From NCBI RefSeq assembly GCF_006345805.1, contig NC_043007.1:66650001-66714000 (forward strand): a stretch of 64,000 nucleotides of DNA, read 5' to 3'. Within the stretch, counting starts at the first letter, position 1. Each line of letters begins with the position of its first letter. Source of the DNA: Octopus sinensis (lineage: Eukaryota). Position numbers and translations under genes: made by a program. The notes under the pieces are model-generated. The model saw only the letters and a program-made list of their open reading frames with translations, made no database searches and was not told the origin of the DNA. Positions 52,797-64,000 of the stretch are shown here, in pieces.

Positions 52797-53261
52797 GTGT
52801 AAATATTTTCACCGAACCTTGCGACGTTAAGCTGAACTTAGCACGTAGTATGACCATGGTAGTCAATGGTAGTTTGTATATACATATTTTTTACAATATT
52901 TTTACGACATTTGTTTTACGATATTTTTAACGTTATTTTAACGTTATTACGCTCTAAATTTTACTTTGTAAATTATTATATTTTATCATTCATTCGCATT
53001 TGTTTACGTCCACTTTTAACTATAGTTTTTATTCGAATATATATTTCTTTATAATAGTTTATTTTTATCATCACTGTTTTATATAGTCTTTTCATTATTA
53101 TATCATCACTATTATATATTATAATTTTCATTCCTACATACTATTAATTTATCTGCATGTTTATAGGCATAAGTCACGTTTGAATTTAGATTTGTAAATT
53201 TTTATTTTTTAATCAATTAAATTATGGCTTGCACAGCAAGGTTCGGCGAATTTATTTACAC
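52797..53261. mobile_element. MITE-like element with ~26-bp terminal inverted repeats
   Basis: gtgtaaatattttcaccgaaccttgc / gcaaggttcggcgaatttatttacac. Confidence 0.5.
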
Positions 53262-53644
53262 ATACGCATATTTGTCTGTTAATTACGTTCGTAACTGTTA
53301 AAATATTAAAATATAGAAATTGGTATTGAATTATAATAAAGTTATCAAGAGTCCTGACGATTGGGGTTGCGTTTAAGAAATGTTCATGTAAAAGACTGCG
53401 TGTTTAAGGAACGTAAAACGCACCTCATGAAACATGTGTAGCAGAGAAATTTAGAAATGATTAGTAAGTATTAAAATAAAATTCTATTATATGGTGTTAT
53501 GTATATTAGGATTTGATGAATTGCATGGGGACTTCTATCTCTAAATGACATATATTTCCTTATCGAGAATAATTCATTTTATTTGAATCCCTGTGACGCC
53601 GGATTTTTTATTCCCTAATAAATAGAATAATCTAATATTTACTA

Positions 53645-53680
<36 letters not shown>

Positions 53681-54129
53681 TGTATGTATGTATGTATGTA
53701 TGTATGTATGTATGAATGTATGTAAGTATGCATGTATGTATGCATCATGTATGTAGTATGTATATATATATGTGTGTGTGTATGTGTGTGTGTGTGTATG
53801 CGTGCATGCATGCATGTATACATGAATGTAGGTAGATGTGTTTGTGTGTATATATATGTGTGTGTGGTGGGGGTGCATTTGATTTTTATTGTAGCCATTC
53901 CTATGACATATGACGATATTTGAATCCGATTGAGTCTGATTTGAACACGAAGCACAGAAGTTTGGTGCCCATAAAACACATTAAAAGACACTGCGCTGCC
54001 TGTCCAAGAATCCCTGTTTTTCTATACAAACATCCTGTCATGATAGCTCAAGTATTATTATAAAGGAGCGATATCATAATTGTTTTGATACTGATATCAT
54101 AGCTTAGCTGTATATTGATGACTCGCTTT

Positions 54130-54186
54130 GTCGGCAGCGGCATCAGCGCAACAACGGCAGCAGTGGCAGCGGCAGCAGCAGAAGCT

Positions 54187-54252
<66 letters not shown>

Positions 54253-54255
54253 ATT

Positions 54256-54293
<38 letters not shown>

Positions 54294-54570
54294 GGTGGTG
54301 GTGGTGGTGGTGGTGGTGGTGGTGGTGGTGGTGGTGGTTGTGGTGGTGGTAGTAGGGGTGGTGGTAGTAGTAGTAGTAATAGTAGTAGTAGTGGTGGTGG
54401 TGGTGGTGGTGGTGGTGGTGATAGTAGTAGTAGTAGTAGTGGTAGTGGTGGTGGTGCTGGTGCTGGTGCTGGTAGTAGTAATAGTAGTAGTGGGGGTAGG
54501 GTGGTAGTAGTAGTAGCAGCAGCAGAGGTATGGTAGTGGTGGTGGTGGTGGTGGTGGTGGTGGTGGTATT
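54130..54570. repeat. (GTA)/(GTG)n trinucleotide tract
   Basis: Direct reading. Confidence 0.95.
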
Positions 54571-55162
54571 CGATAAAGAAGTTAATCCGTAGCATCGATT
54601 ACCTATGTCATTGTTGTGTAAAGTCCCAGGCCAATGATGAGGACGTTGTGTGCGCGTGTAGAGGGAGGGGTGGAATCTTTTATTGCTGCCTTGTAGATAG
54701 ATGTTTCACACAATGTACAAATTACAATACAATACAGAGAACAACAGCTACCGTTTCTAAACCTTCAGTTAGCGTAGCATAAAGCCCGTCGCCCGAGCCT
54801 GTTCGTGACTTAACCCTTTGCCTGTCCTGTATATCATATGTGATACAGGGACATATTTCCCTGGCGTCCATGCATCATTTCCGATAGATGTTACCATTTG
54901 ATTTGGTTTGTATTTCAACTACCAGAGTAACTTGCAACTTACGAAAGGAATGCTTTATGTTACTCAGAACATATTAGATACGGACTAACTAAAAATCTAA
55001 AAACAAGAATAAACGTTTAAGACCAACTTATGATAATGCTTTGAATAAAGCGCTAAATTAACTTAAGGTAGTTGGGAGGAAGTTTCGGGAACTGGTCATA
55101 ATGTATAGTAAGGACTTAGAGTTTCTATCTCTGCAAAGCGATTTTAGGGAGATTTATAAAGT

Positions 55163-55362
55163 ATAGCGAGCTGGCAGAATCATTAGCACGCTGGGTAAAA
55201 TGCTTCGTGACATTTCATCTGCCTTTGTGTTCTGAGTTCAAATTCCATCGAGGATGATTTTACCTTTCATCCTCTCAAGGTCGATAAAATAAGTACCAGT
55301 TGATTACTGGGGTCGATGTAATCCGCTTACACCTTCCCGGCAATTGCAGACCTTGTGCCAAC
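55163..55362 (+). mobile_element. tRNA-derived SINE
   Basis: gcgagctggcagaatcattagcacg...gtcgataaaataagtaccag. Confidence 0.8.
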
Positions 55363-55504
55363 ATATATATATATATAATATATGGTCGCTGCCACATCGA
55401 TATTCTTCCCTGTGTTTGTGAAAGCCTTGTATCTCTGCCGTAAGGCTTAATTTCCACACACGCCAGCTGAATTCAATTCATCCCCAGTCGAAAGACACCT
55501 GTTG

Positions 55505-56700
55505 TTATGTCCTGTTATTATTATTATTCTATGTTTGACTTTTGCTTTACATTTATACAAGTTGGCTTCAAGTCTCACCCAGAGACCTCAAGAGACAACA
55601 ACTTGGAAGTTCATATTGGTGTTGTGCCTAGGGTGCTATATATTTGTACTTAGTGTTGTACTAGTGAATGTTTTAAAAACCATTAGAAAATTATTGTTTG
55701 TTTTAAGACTTGAGATTACATAGAAAGTATTTTGCGTAGGATATGAGCAGTTCCCATGAGCACTATCTTTTGAATTTCTGCCATTTTTGGGTTTCCTGGT
55801 ATCTGATTTAGGTAGCAATCAGCCCCTTTTGCTATCATTCCCAGAGCGCCTATGATAACAGGTATTGTTTTAGTCTTCAGGTTCCACATTTTGCTGATTT
55901 CTATTTCAAGATCTTTATATTTGCTCAGTTTTTGGTAGGTCTTGACAGATACGTTTATATCGATTGGGACAGTCATATCAATGAGGAGGCATGTTTTTTG
56001 TCTGAGGTTTTTCAATATGATGTCTGGCCTATTCGCATCTATCTTTCTGTCAGTTTGAATAGTGAAGTTCCAGAGGAGTGAGATGTGATCATTTTCAAGC
56101 ACTGGAGGTGGTTTGTGTTCGCCCCAGTTTTTATCATGGGGCAAGTCCAGGCTTTTGCAAATTACCCAGTGAATATATTGTGCAGCTCTATCATGCTTGT
56201 TGAGATACTCTGTTGGCGCAAGAAGACTGCACTTGGAGACAACATGATCAATGGTTTCATTGTGTTGTTGACATACACGACATGTTGGGCTACTGCCGTT
56301 CTTTAATATGTTGGCCTTGTAGTTCCTTGTAGGTAGGCATTGATCTTGAGCTGCTATGATAAACCCTTCTGTTTCAGACTAAACCAAAGCCCATTAGCCA
56401 TTGATAGGTCAGGGCTTTGTCAACATCGGCATTATTCGCTTTCTTTGGGTATTTGCCATTGAGAGGTTTTGCTTGCCATTTATCAATCAGAATATCTAAG
56501 GCAGCAGTTTTAGCACGGGTTTTCATGCGCTTAGCTTTTTCTGCGCTTGTTTCTTGTATGTCTAATTCCGAAATTTGTTGTATTCGGAATTCACTTAGAT
56601 ATTCCTTTGCCTATTTTGTTACTTAGTATGATGCTTTCTTGATTTCATGTTTTGAGACAAGTTATATCATTCAGTCCTCAGTTTTTCCGTCTTTGTTTTC
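55505..56700 (-). mobile_element. R4/Dong-like 3' portion (~1.2 kb), endonuclease ORF 55716-56144 open
   Basis: ETEGFIIAAQDQCLPTRNY...CRVCQQHNETIDHVVSKC..LAPTEY; LWNFTIQTDRKIDANRPDII...IDMTVP...IPVIIGALG; (TAA) tail. Confidence 0.9.
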
Positions 56701-57801
56701 GTATACTTTCGATGCTTAGTGTAGTGTATTTGGTTGTTCGATCAACCCGCTCACTGCATTGTAAGGTTAGTGGCCGTGTATTCCATGGACATGTGTAGCC
56801 TTAAAATAATTCTCAGGCAGCAGAGTTATGATGCGAGAGTGCGTAAAAAAAAAGTGACCTTTTGAATGACGGTTGTGATTGATTTCGAAAGGCTCTCAGA
56901 TACTTTCTGTCAGTTCGAGTCGGTCCGATGATGGAACGAAATAACGCTTGTCCAATATGCAACACAGTCGGATTGAATACGAGATCGCGAAGCGACTTTT
57001 TAACCTTTCAGCCATACAGTAGCTACAAACACTAACACACACCCATACACGCCCACACACACACACCCAATGTATATGTTTATGTGTGTGTGTGTAATGA
57101 CAAATGCTGTATGTATGTCTGATGACAAACGAAGTGTGTCATCTTATAAAGAGTAAAAACCCTGTACAACAAATAATACCAAAGCTAGATTCTGCACAGG
57201 ACTTCTTTATTATTTTTCTGTTTTTGCTAAAGTTGGACTTCCATGTGCATCTATTGATTCCAGATTAAAAGTCCCTCAGAACAAAGCAGTGTATGTCAAC
57301 AGGACTTGGCGCCGTTATTATTGTTGTTGTTACTATTATTGATGGTGGGGTGGTGGTGGTGGTGGTGGTGGTGGTGGTAGGGGTGGTGTTATTCTTAGTA
57401 GCTTCTTTCTTTGCAGCATTTGTGTTTCCTACGTTCCTTTGTTGGTTTTTATTGTTGTTGTTGTTTGAAGTGGGCTTTTTTTCTTGTATTTTGTATTTTT
57501 TTACTTTCAACAGAGTATATAAATATATACATCATGCTTGACTGCTTACGTCGTAAAAGCAGACCAACCAACCAACCAACCAGCCAACCAGCCAACCAAC
57601 CAACCAGCCGACAAACCAACCAACCCCCGAACACACCAGGAGACTGTCCAACCCGATAATGAAAGAACAATGACTGCATCATCTATCTATCGCTCTGCCT
57701 ACCTACTTATCTATCTACATACCTACCTACTTACCTACTGCTTATATAGTAATCTATATACCTCCATACATTTATATTAGTTTGGATGTATTTGTGTGAG
57801 A

Positions 57802-57844
<43 letters not shown>

Positions 57845-57858
57845 CATACACACATATA

Positions 57859-57898
<40 letters not shown>

Positions 57899-58118
57899 AG
57901 CATTCATATATATACGGTACATAGCTGCAAAATGCACACACAGACACTCAGACATGCACACACAAGGATACAGAGGTATACACACACTCATATGCAAACA
58001 CACACGCACAAGCACTGGCACGCAAACACATGAATATGCAGAATAAATACATACAAATATACACACATACATATATACATATGCACACACACAAACACAT
58101 ACATGCATACACACCCAC

Positions 58119-58149
<31 letters not shown>

Positions 58150-58180
58150 CATACATACATACATACATACATACATACAT

Positions 58181-58900
58181 AGGTGAATTATACAAAACAT
58201 TCTATGGTTCTATACATAAAAATGTGTGCTATTGTCTCGGAGATTTTTATGGTAGTTGAAAAGACATTATCGTCCATTTCTAACTCAGTACGTGGTGAGG
58301 CACTTAGCGCTGACCCCTGATTAAAATTATGTATATAATTATAATTATTAATTAATTAACTTTACCCTATATTATTATTATTATTAAAATTATAATTTAC
58401 TCCATGATCGAAACAGCAGTTTTTCTGCGGGATAGGTCGTATCACACATGTGGGTCTAAAAGATAAAAAATATGTATCACATTCAGGTGTTAAATATTAG
58501 TTATGCGATGGCGCTTGATCGCGTACATATTTAATCCTAACACTTGCAAATTTCTAACTCGGAGTATCAAACCGAGGAGAATGATAGGTAAATATAATTT
58601 ACTTTAAATTCGAAACGCGTCTGTGATTAACCGAAGTCGTGTGGATTCATCATTTTTCTTTTACCTACATAAAAATGTGTGTTATTGTCTCGGAGATTTT
58701 TATGGTAGTTGAAAAGTCATTAGTGTCTATTTCTAATTCAGTACGTGGCGAGGCACTTAGCGCTGACCCATGGTTATAATTAGTATATAATTATAGAATA
58801 TTTTGTATAATTCACCTAAAAAGGTTTTTTAACGTACAGACTACTTGGTAAGATTATTAATTATTAATTAATTAATTAATTTTACCTTATATCATTATTA
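58181..58900 (+). mobile_element. Retrozyme/PLE-terminal-like unit: 453-bp-period direct repeat, 24-bp inverted end and central hammerhead motif
   Basis: tacataaaaatgtgtg at 58213 and 58666; 58181-58204 is the reverse complement of 58794-58817; hammerhead at 58566-58627. Confidence 0.6.
58566..58627 (+). ncRNA. Degenerate type I hammerhead motif
   Basis: ATCAaA-CcGAGGA-GAAT...ATTC-GAAA-CGCGT-C-TGTGAT; U4C change in the core and one stem I mismatch. Confidence 0.55.
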
Positions 58901-59030
58901 AAATCATATATATATATATATATTATAACAGAGATGTACTTGCATAGCAAATGACCTGATGTGAGAACGTGTGCTGAAACAAAAGCAATTGCAGCATGGA
59001 AGGTGTTTATAAGCCATTTAAAAACATATA

Positions 59031-60215
59031 TTGGGTTGTCCGGAAAGTTCGTGCCGATTTTTTAAGAAAAGACAAAGGTCAATAAATACTTGCCATTACA
59101 TTTTTAATAAACCAAATATGAATCATTTTGTTGCACAATGCGTTTCCATCTTTCCTTTAAGTTGACAGTACCCTCTTCACAGAATTGAGGTGGTTTCATA
59201 GCAAAGAATTCATCAAGGTATCTTTTTACGTCATCCAAGGAATTGAAATTTTTACCATTAAGACTATTCTGCAGAGACCTGAAAGTGGAAATCCGAAGGA
59301 GCAATATCTGGTGAATATGGAGGGTATCATGTTCGGCCAATTCTCGACGTTTCTCTTGAATTGCTGCCTTTAACTCGTCCAGTTCTGTGCAGTATTTCTC
59401 AGAATTAATTGTCTGGTGACTTGGGAGAAACTCATAGTACAGAATTTCTTTCCAATCCCACCAGACACAAAGCAAGACCTTTTGGGGGTGAAGACCCGCT
59501 CGCTTTTTGGGGTGGCTAAGCGTGGCTCATGTCGCTTACTCCAGGATCGCTTCCTCTGAACATTTCGGTAGATAATCCATTTCTCATCACCTGTCACAAT
59601 TTCCTTTAAAAAAAGGCGCGTTTTCATTCCGTTTATAAAATGAATCACAGATGGAAATGCGGTTCAAAAGGTTCTTCTCACTCAACTCATGTGGTACCCA
59701 AACATCGTAGTGATTTGTGTACCCATGCTTTACCAGGTGCTCATGAACGGTGGATTTTGATAGGTTGAGGCTTTCTGCCAATTCTCGGGTTGTGCAATGT
59801 GGGTTATTCTCAATTAATGACTTGTAGTGGATTGGATAGTCTGCCTGATCGGTTTTTATCAATAAGGCTACAATCTCCAGCTCAGAACCTTGCGAACCAC
59901 TTCCGTACAGTTCTTTCGGATAAAGAAACATCACCGTAAACTGCGCATATTTCTTTGGTTGCTTGTGAGGCATTTTCCCCTTTACAGAAAAGAAAACCAT
60001 CATGTGCCGAAAATGAACTTTCTTATCTTCCATCTTAAAGGGTTACAGAATTAACACAGGTTATTGGAACATAAACCTTCTTCCACGAAAAGATTGCTTA
60101 AACTGTGCTCTAAATGGAGGTGGAGTCAAATCCTATTTTATGGACTCAACCATGTTCTAAAATAAGTCGAAAGGCAAGCTACTATAAATCGGAACGAACT
60201 TTCCGGGCAACCCAA
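59031..60215 (-). mobile_element. Full-length decayed mariner (1185 bp) with ~29-bp TIRs and TA target duplication
   Basis: TA|ttgggttgtccggaaagttcgtgccgatt ... aatcggaacgaactttccgggcaacccaa|TA. Transposase is split over ORFs 59587-60033, 59370-59648 and 59104-59475 (WVPHEL, IVTGDEKWI, MLCVWWD). Confidence 0.95.
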
Positions 60216-60304
60216 TATATATAAATATACATGATTTTAAACTGATATTATAAATAATATCAATTTCAACTAGTAGTCAGCATACTTAAATATGTCTGAA
60301 GACC

Positions 60305-60376
<72 letters not shown>

Positions 60377-60394
60377 TCTCTCTCTCTCTCTCAC

Positions 60395-60430
<36 letters not shown>

Positions 60431-60775
60431 TCCTCCTCCCACCCTACCCACACCAAGCACTCCATCCTCTACTCACAATTCTTCCGTCTGCGCAGGCTCT
60501 GCGGTGATAACCATGACTCTGAGACTCAGTCACAACTCATGACTCGCCACTTTATCATTCATGGATATCCCCTCACCACTATGCACACAGCCCTTTCCAG
60601 CGAACGTTCCGGGGACCGTGCCTCTGCTATCTCTCTCTCTCTCTCTTTCTCCCCGCCCCACTGTGGCCCGTCTCTCGTTTCCTCTCACCTACCAACCCTC
60701 CCCTTCAATGCACCATTTTCCGAGCTTTTCGGTGACTCCAGCTCTACCGACTCACAGGCTGTATGATCGGTTAAT

Positions 60776-61024
60776 GTGATGTCTCCGAAAAAATCGTGCA
60801 AATACTCTTGTATATGCAGCAATTATAGAGGTAAGAATGTAGACGGCAAAGTTATTTCCCTTCAAAGAAACCCGGCAAACGTCGCTATTCGTCATATTTG
60901 GCTTCAGAGGTCGAGACTTGTGAGGAAAGACTTTGTTTATACTGCAAATAGCCAGATTTGCTCCCAGCATTTCGTCAATTCGAATGAACCATCGACAGAT
61001 CACCCCTTGCCATCCGTTTATTAG
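60776..61024 (+). pseudogene. THAP zinc-finger domain remnant of a DNA transposon
   Basis: SCKYSCICSN...SLQRNP.N...RHIWL...ICSQHF...P fits the THAP C2CH pattern. Confidence 0.75.
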
Positions 61025-61188
61025 ATAAGTTTCAGAGATATGTGTATGTGACTGTGCATTTGTATTTGACAGGGATAAAAAATATTCAAAATTAAGTCTT
61101 ATTTATTTATCATTTATTGCTTTAATTATACATTTATCTACATCCATAAAAATACAATTTATTATGCAAGGTAAAAAAGTCAAAATAA

Positions 61189-61793
61189 TTAAACAGGCTC
61201 TCTCCCTGCAGTGCAGTTGCAATCAGCTGAATGCACATTGCAAGTGACCTTTGACACTCTGTGATCAGGATTGTTCTTTTTGTTAGATGTTGGTATTGAC
61301 GGGATTACCAGACACCGGACAATGCAGTGAGAGTAGTTTTCGGTAACATCGTGATATTCAATGCTGTGGACGTGTCTGTCATGGTAAAATATGCCACCCC
61401 TTAACTGTCGCTTTGCCTTAATCCGTAGCACGAGGCAGTTGTAAACGTCATTATCCGTAGAATTGGCAACTTATAAAGATCCTTAGTCCAATCTGATTCC
61501 AGCACATTAGGATCAGGTAAAACTTCACCGAGAGGAGATACAAGTTTCTGCTTATTCCGGTCTGAAATACACTTCTCGTCTGTTGATTTTAATTCATTGA
61601 CGTTCTTTGTCGAAAGAATTTTAATACCTTTTAACCTTTCAACCAAATCCGTCTTTTTCCCAGTAACATACTGTCCATGTACTCGCAAATAATTCTTTAA
61701 CTCGAGCTGCTTAATATTCATGATATGACAGGACACGGAACAAGGGCGTGGGTAGTCCGCGGAAGTAGAATTGTCTGCATGGAGAGCCGCCAA
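61189..61793 (-). pseudogene. SAP domain plus partial SWIM remnant, convergent with the THAP ORF (ISL2EU/PHIS-like second gene)
   Basis: NIKQLELKNYLRVHGQYVTGKKTDLVERL (SAP); WTKDL..LP; VRCLVIPS...VHSADCNCTAG (SWIM first half); one frameshift. Confidence 0.65.
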
Positions 61794-61837
61794 GCCAAGG
61801 GAGATAATCTACTTTTGGAATGTCCTATAGAAGGTAC

Positions 61838-62125
61838 TCCGTCGTTTACGACGACAAGTGCTCCACTTGATCCTATCAACGAACTCGTGAAATTAACGTG
61901 CAAGTGGTTGAGCACTCCACAGACAAGCGTTACTTTTAAAGTAGTTCTCATGAAGATTCAGTGTGACACAGCAAGTGACAAGGCTGCCTCTGTGATACAG
62001 GTTAAACTCATTTTTGCCAGCTGGACTGGAGCAAAGCGAAATAACGCATCTAGCTTAAGGACACAAGACGCTGCCAAGTATCGAACTCACGACCTTACGA
62101 ACGCGAACCAAATATGCTAATTACT
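61838..62125 (-). mobile_element. tRNA-derived SINE
   Basis: ctcgtgaaattaacgtgcaagtgg...gagcactccacag; head gtggcttagtaattagc on the minus strand. Confidence 0.65.
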
Positions 62126-62768
62126 AAGCCACGTGCCTTCACATACACACACACGCACATACACACTCACACACACAAATATATATATATACATATATAT
62201 ATATATATGTATATGTATATGTATAAGTATATATGTATACATATATACATACATACATTCGTGCATACATACATACATATGTATGTATATGTGTATATAT
62301 TTATAAATGTGTGTGTGTATATATACATTCATACACATATACACACACACATATATGTATGTTTGTATGTATGTATATAAACATGTATGTATGCATGTAT
62401 GTATATATATATAAAAACATTTTATATCGTATAATGCCTGATAAATAATGTCAAAAATATATAACAATATTGAAAGTTAAATACAAAGACAAAAAGTGTG
62501 AGAGCGATCAGCTTATCCATAGATAGACGTCATACAGACAGAAATAAGCAGCCCAATTGATAAGACAAACGCACATATGCATAGAAATTACTTTATTGAT
62601 AAATTCATTCACTGGATAGAATGGACACAAACACGTAAATTTTCTTTTTCTGTAGCTCCCTCTCTCTTGCTTTCTTTCTTTCTCAATCTCTTCCTCCCAC
62701 ACACATTCCCATTTGCTATCATTCTCCTCCTCTCTCTCTCTCTCTCTATTTCTCTGTCTCTCTCTCTG

Positions 62769-62831
<63 letters not shown>

Positions 62832-62961
62832 ATCAGACGCACATATATACAAAACCTGCAATAAAATAACACAAACATAATCACATTCGTCAGTAAACAA
62901 AGAGTCAGACATAACATATATATGTGTTCATGTGTTCGCACGCTCGTGCATGAGTGTGTGT

Positions 62962-63027
<66 letters not shown>

Positions 63028-63310
63028 GTGTGTGTATGTGTGTGTGTGTGAACGAAAATAAAATAGAAAAGGGGAAAAAAAAGTAATATTATCTTAAATA
63101 CGTGAACAGAACTAAGAGATCCATTAAGGCCACTTTTCCTAATATAATCTACATTAGTTTCATTAAGCTTGCTTCAGCTCATCACCATGAAATATATTGG
63201 CAGTATTGTTTATATCACACTTTCATTGATTTATAATGGAAACGGAGGGGATATATTATACTTAGTGTGTTGTGTGTGTGTATGTATGTATCTGCATTTG
63301 TGTGTGTGTG

Positions 63311-63349
<39 letters not shown>

Positions 63350-63749
63350 TGTGTATGTATGCGAACAATATTGCTGAATTGAAAAATAATAGTTGGAAGG
63401 AAAATGAAAGAAGGGTGCAAAGTTAATATAAATAAAAAAATTCATTGCATCTTCTACGCCCGTTTCCAAGTTCACGCCATCCACCTGGGATAGTTATTGG
63501 TTATTCAGATATGAGGACAGAAAGCATTGAGTAAGTAGAGGCATTCGTTGTTGTTCAACACCTGTTTCTAAGTTCCACCAACCACATGAAATCTGCTGGT
63601 TATTAAGGAACAATTAGACCTTCCGACGCCGTTGCTACAATATGCCATGCTACCAGTCGTCAACACTGCTCTAGAACACGCAGACACGTACACAATCACA
63701 CATATATGTGAGCGTCGCGTAGTGTCAGACTAGTGGCAAACCAGCGCCA

Positions 63750-64000
63750 CTATCCAAAGAAGATTGACTTGGAGCAACTGAAGAGCTACAGGGAGAAAGG
63801 CTAAAAGAGGTGAAGCTTTACTCTCAAGAGATAAGGCGTGAAAGATATGCAATGAAATTCATATGCAAAATCCTGGAAAGTATAGCTTCCCAGTTTTTGA
63901 AAGCTATATCAATTATCGAACTGGACAGCATTCCATAATACCAAAGCTCGTGTCTTCTTCACCAAGAATAAGGGCCCACTACTGTAACAGTTTGGGTTTC
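63750..64000 (+). mobile_element. CR1/L2-like LINE C-terminal remnant
   Basis: SYRERLKEVKLYSQEIRRERYAMKFICKIL...NYRTGQHSIIPKL...YCNSLGF. Confidence 0.7.

Overview
This is AT-rich eukaryotic DNA made almost entirely of microsatellites and transposable-element debris. The SINE, LINE and mariner inventory and the (TA)n, (TACA)n and (TAA)n load most resemble an octopus (coleoid cephalopod) genome; that assignment is an inference, not a database result. I found no confident host protein-coding gene, rRNA, tRNA or CRISPR array, and nearly all ORFs in the track are microsatellite artefacts. Recognisable elements: (1) many 5'-truncated R4/Dong-like non-LTR retrotransposons with a CCHC knuckle and a restriction-like endonuclease, one set abutting (TAA)n and another abutting (TACA)n; (2) Penelope-like elements (PLE) with GIY-YIG remnants, inverted or direct terminal repeats and several type I hammerhead-ribozyme motifs; (3) a full-length decayed mariner plus internally deleted mariner and Tc1/maT-like copies; (4) a THAP plus SAP/SWIM two-ORF DNA-transposon remnant (ISL2EU/PHIS-like); (5) RTE, Tx1/L1-like and CR1-like 3' ends; (6) Helitron/Helentron-like and MITE pieces; (7) dozens of tRNA-derived SINEs. 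The leads most worth following are the hammerhead/PLE structures: an intact-core hammerhead at 47991-48049, a PLE endonuclease with a ~165-codon S/N-rich insert inside GIY-YIG, a 453-bp retrozyme-like unit at 58181-58900 and an A6U-variant minimal hammerhead at 37790-37827. Apparent (TACA)n targeting by an R4-like lineage is also notable. Most boundaries were read by eye and are approximate.
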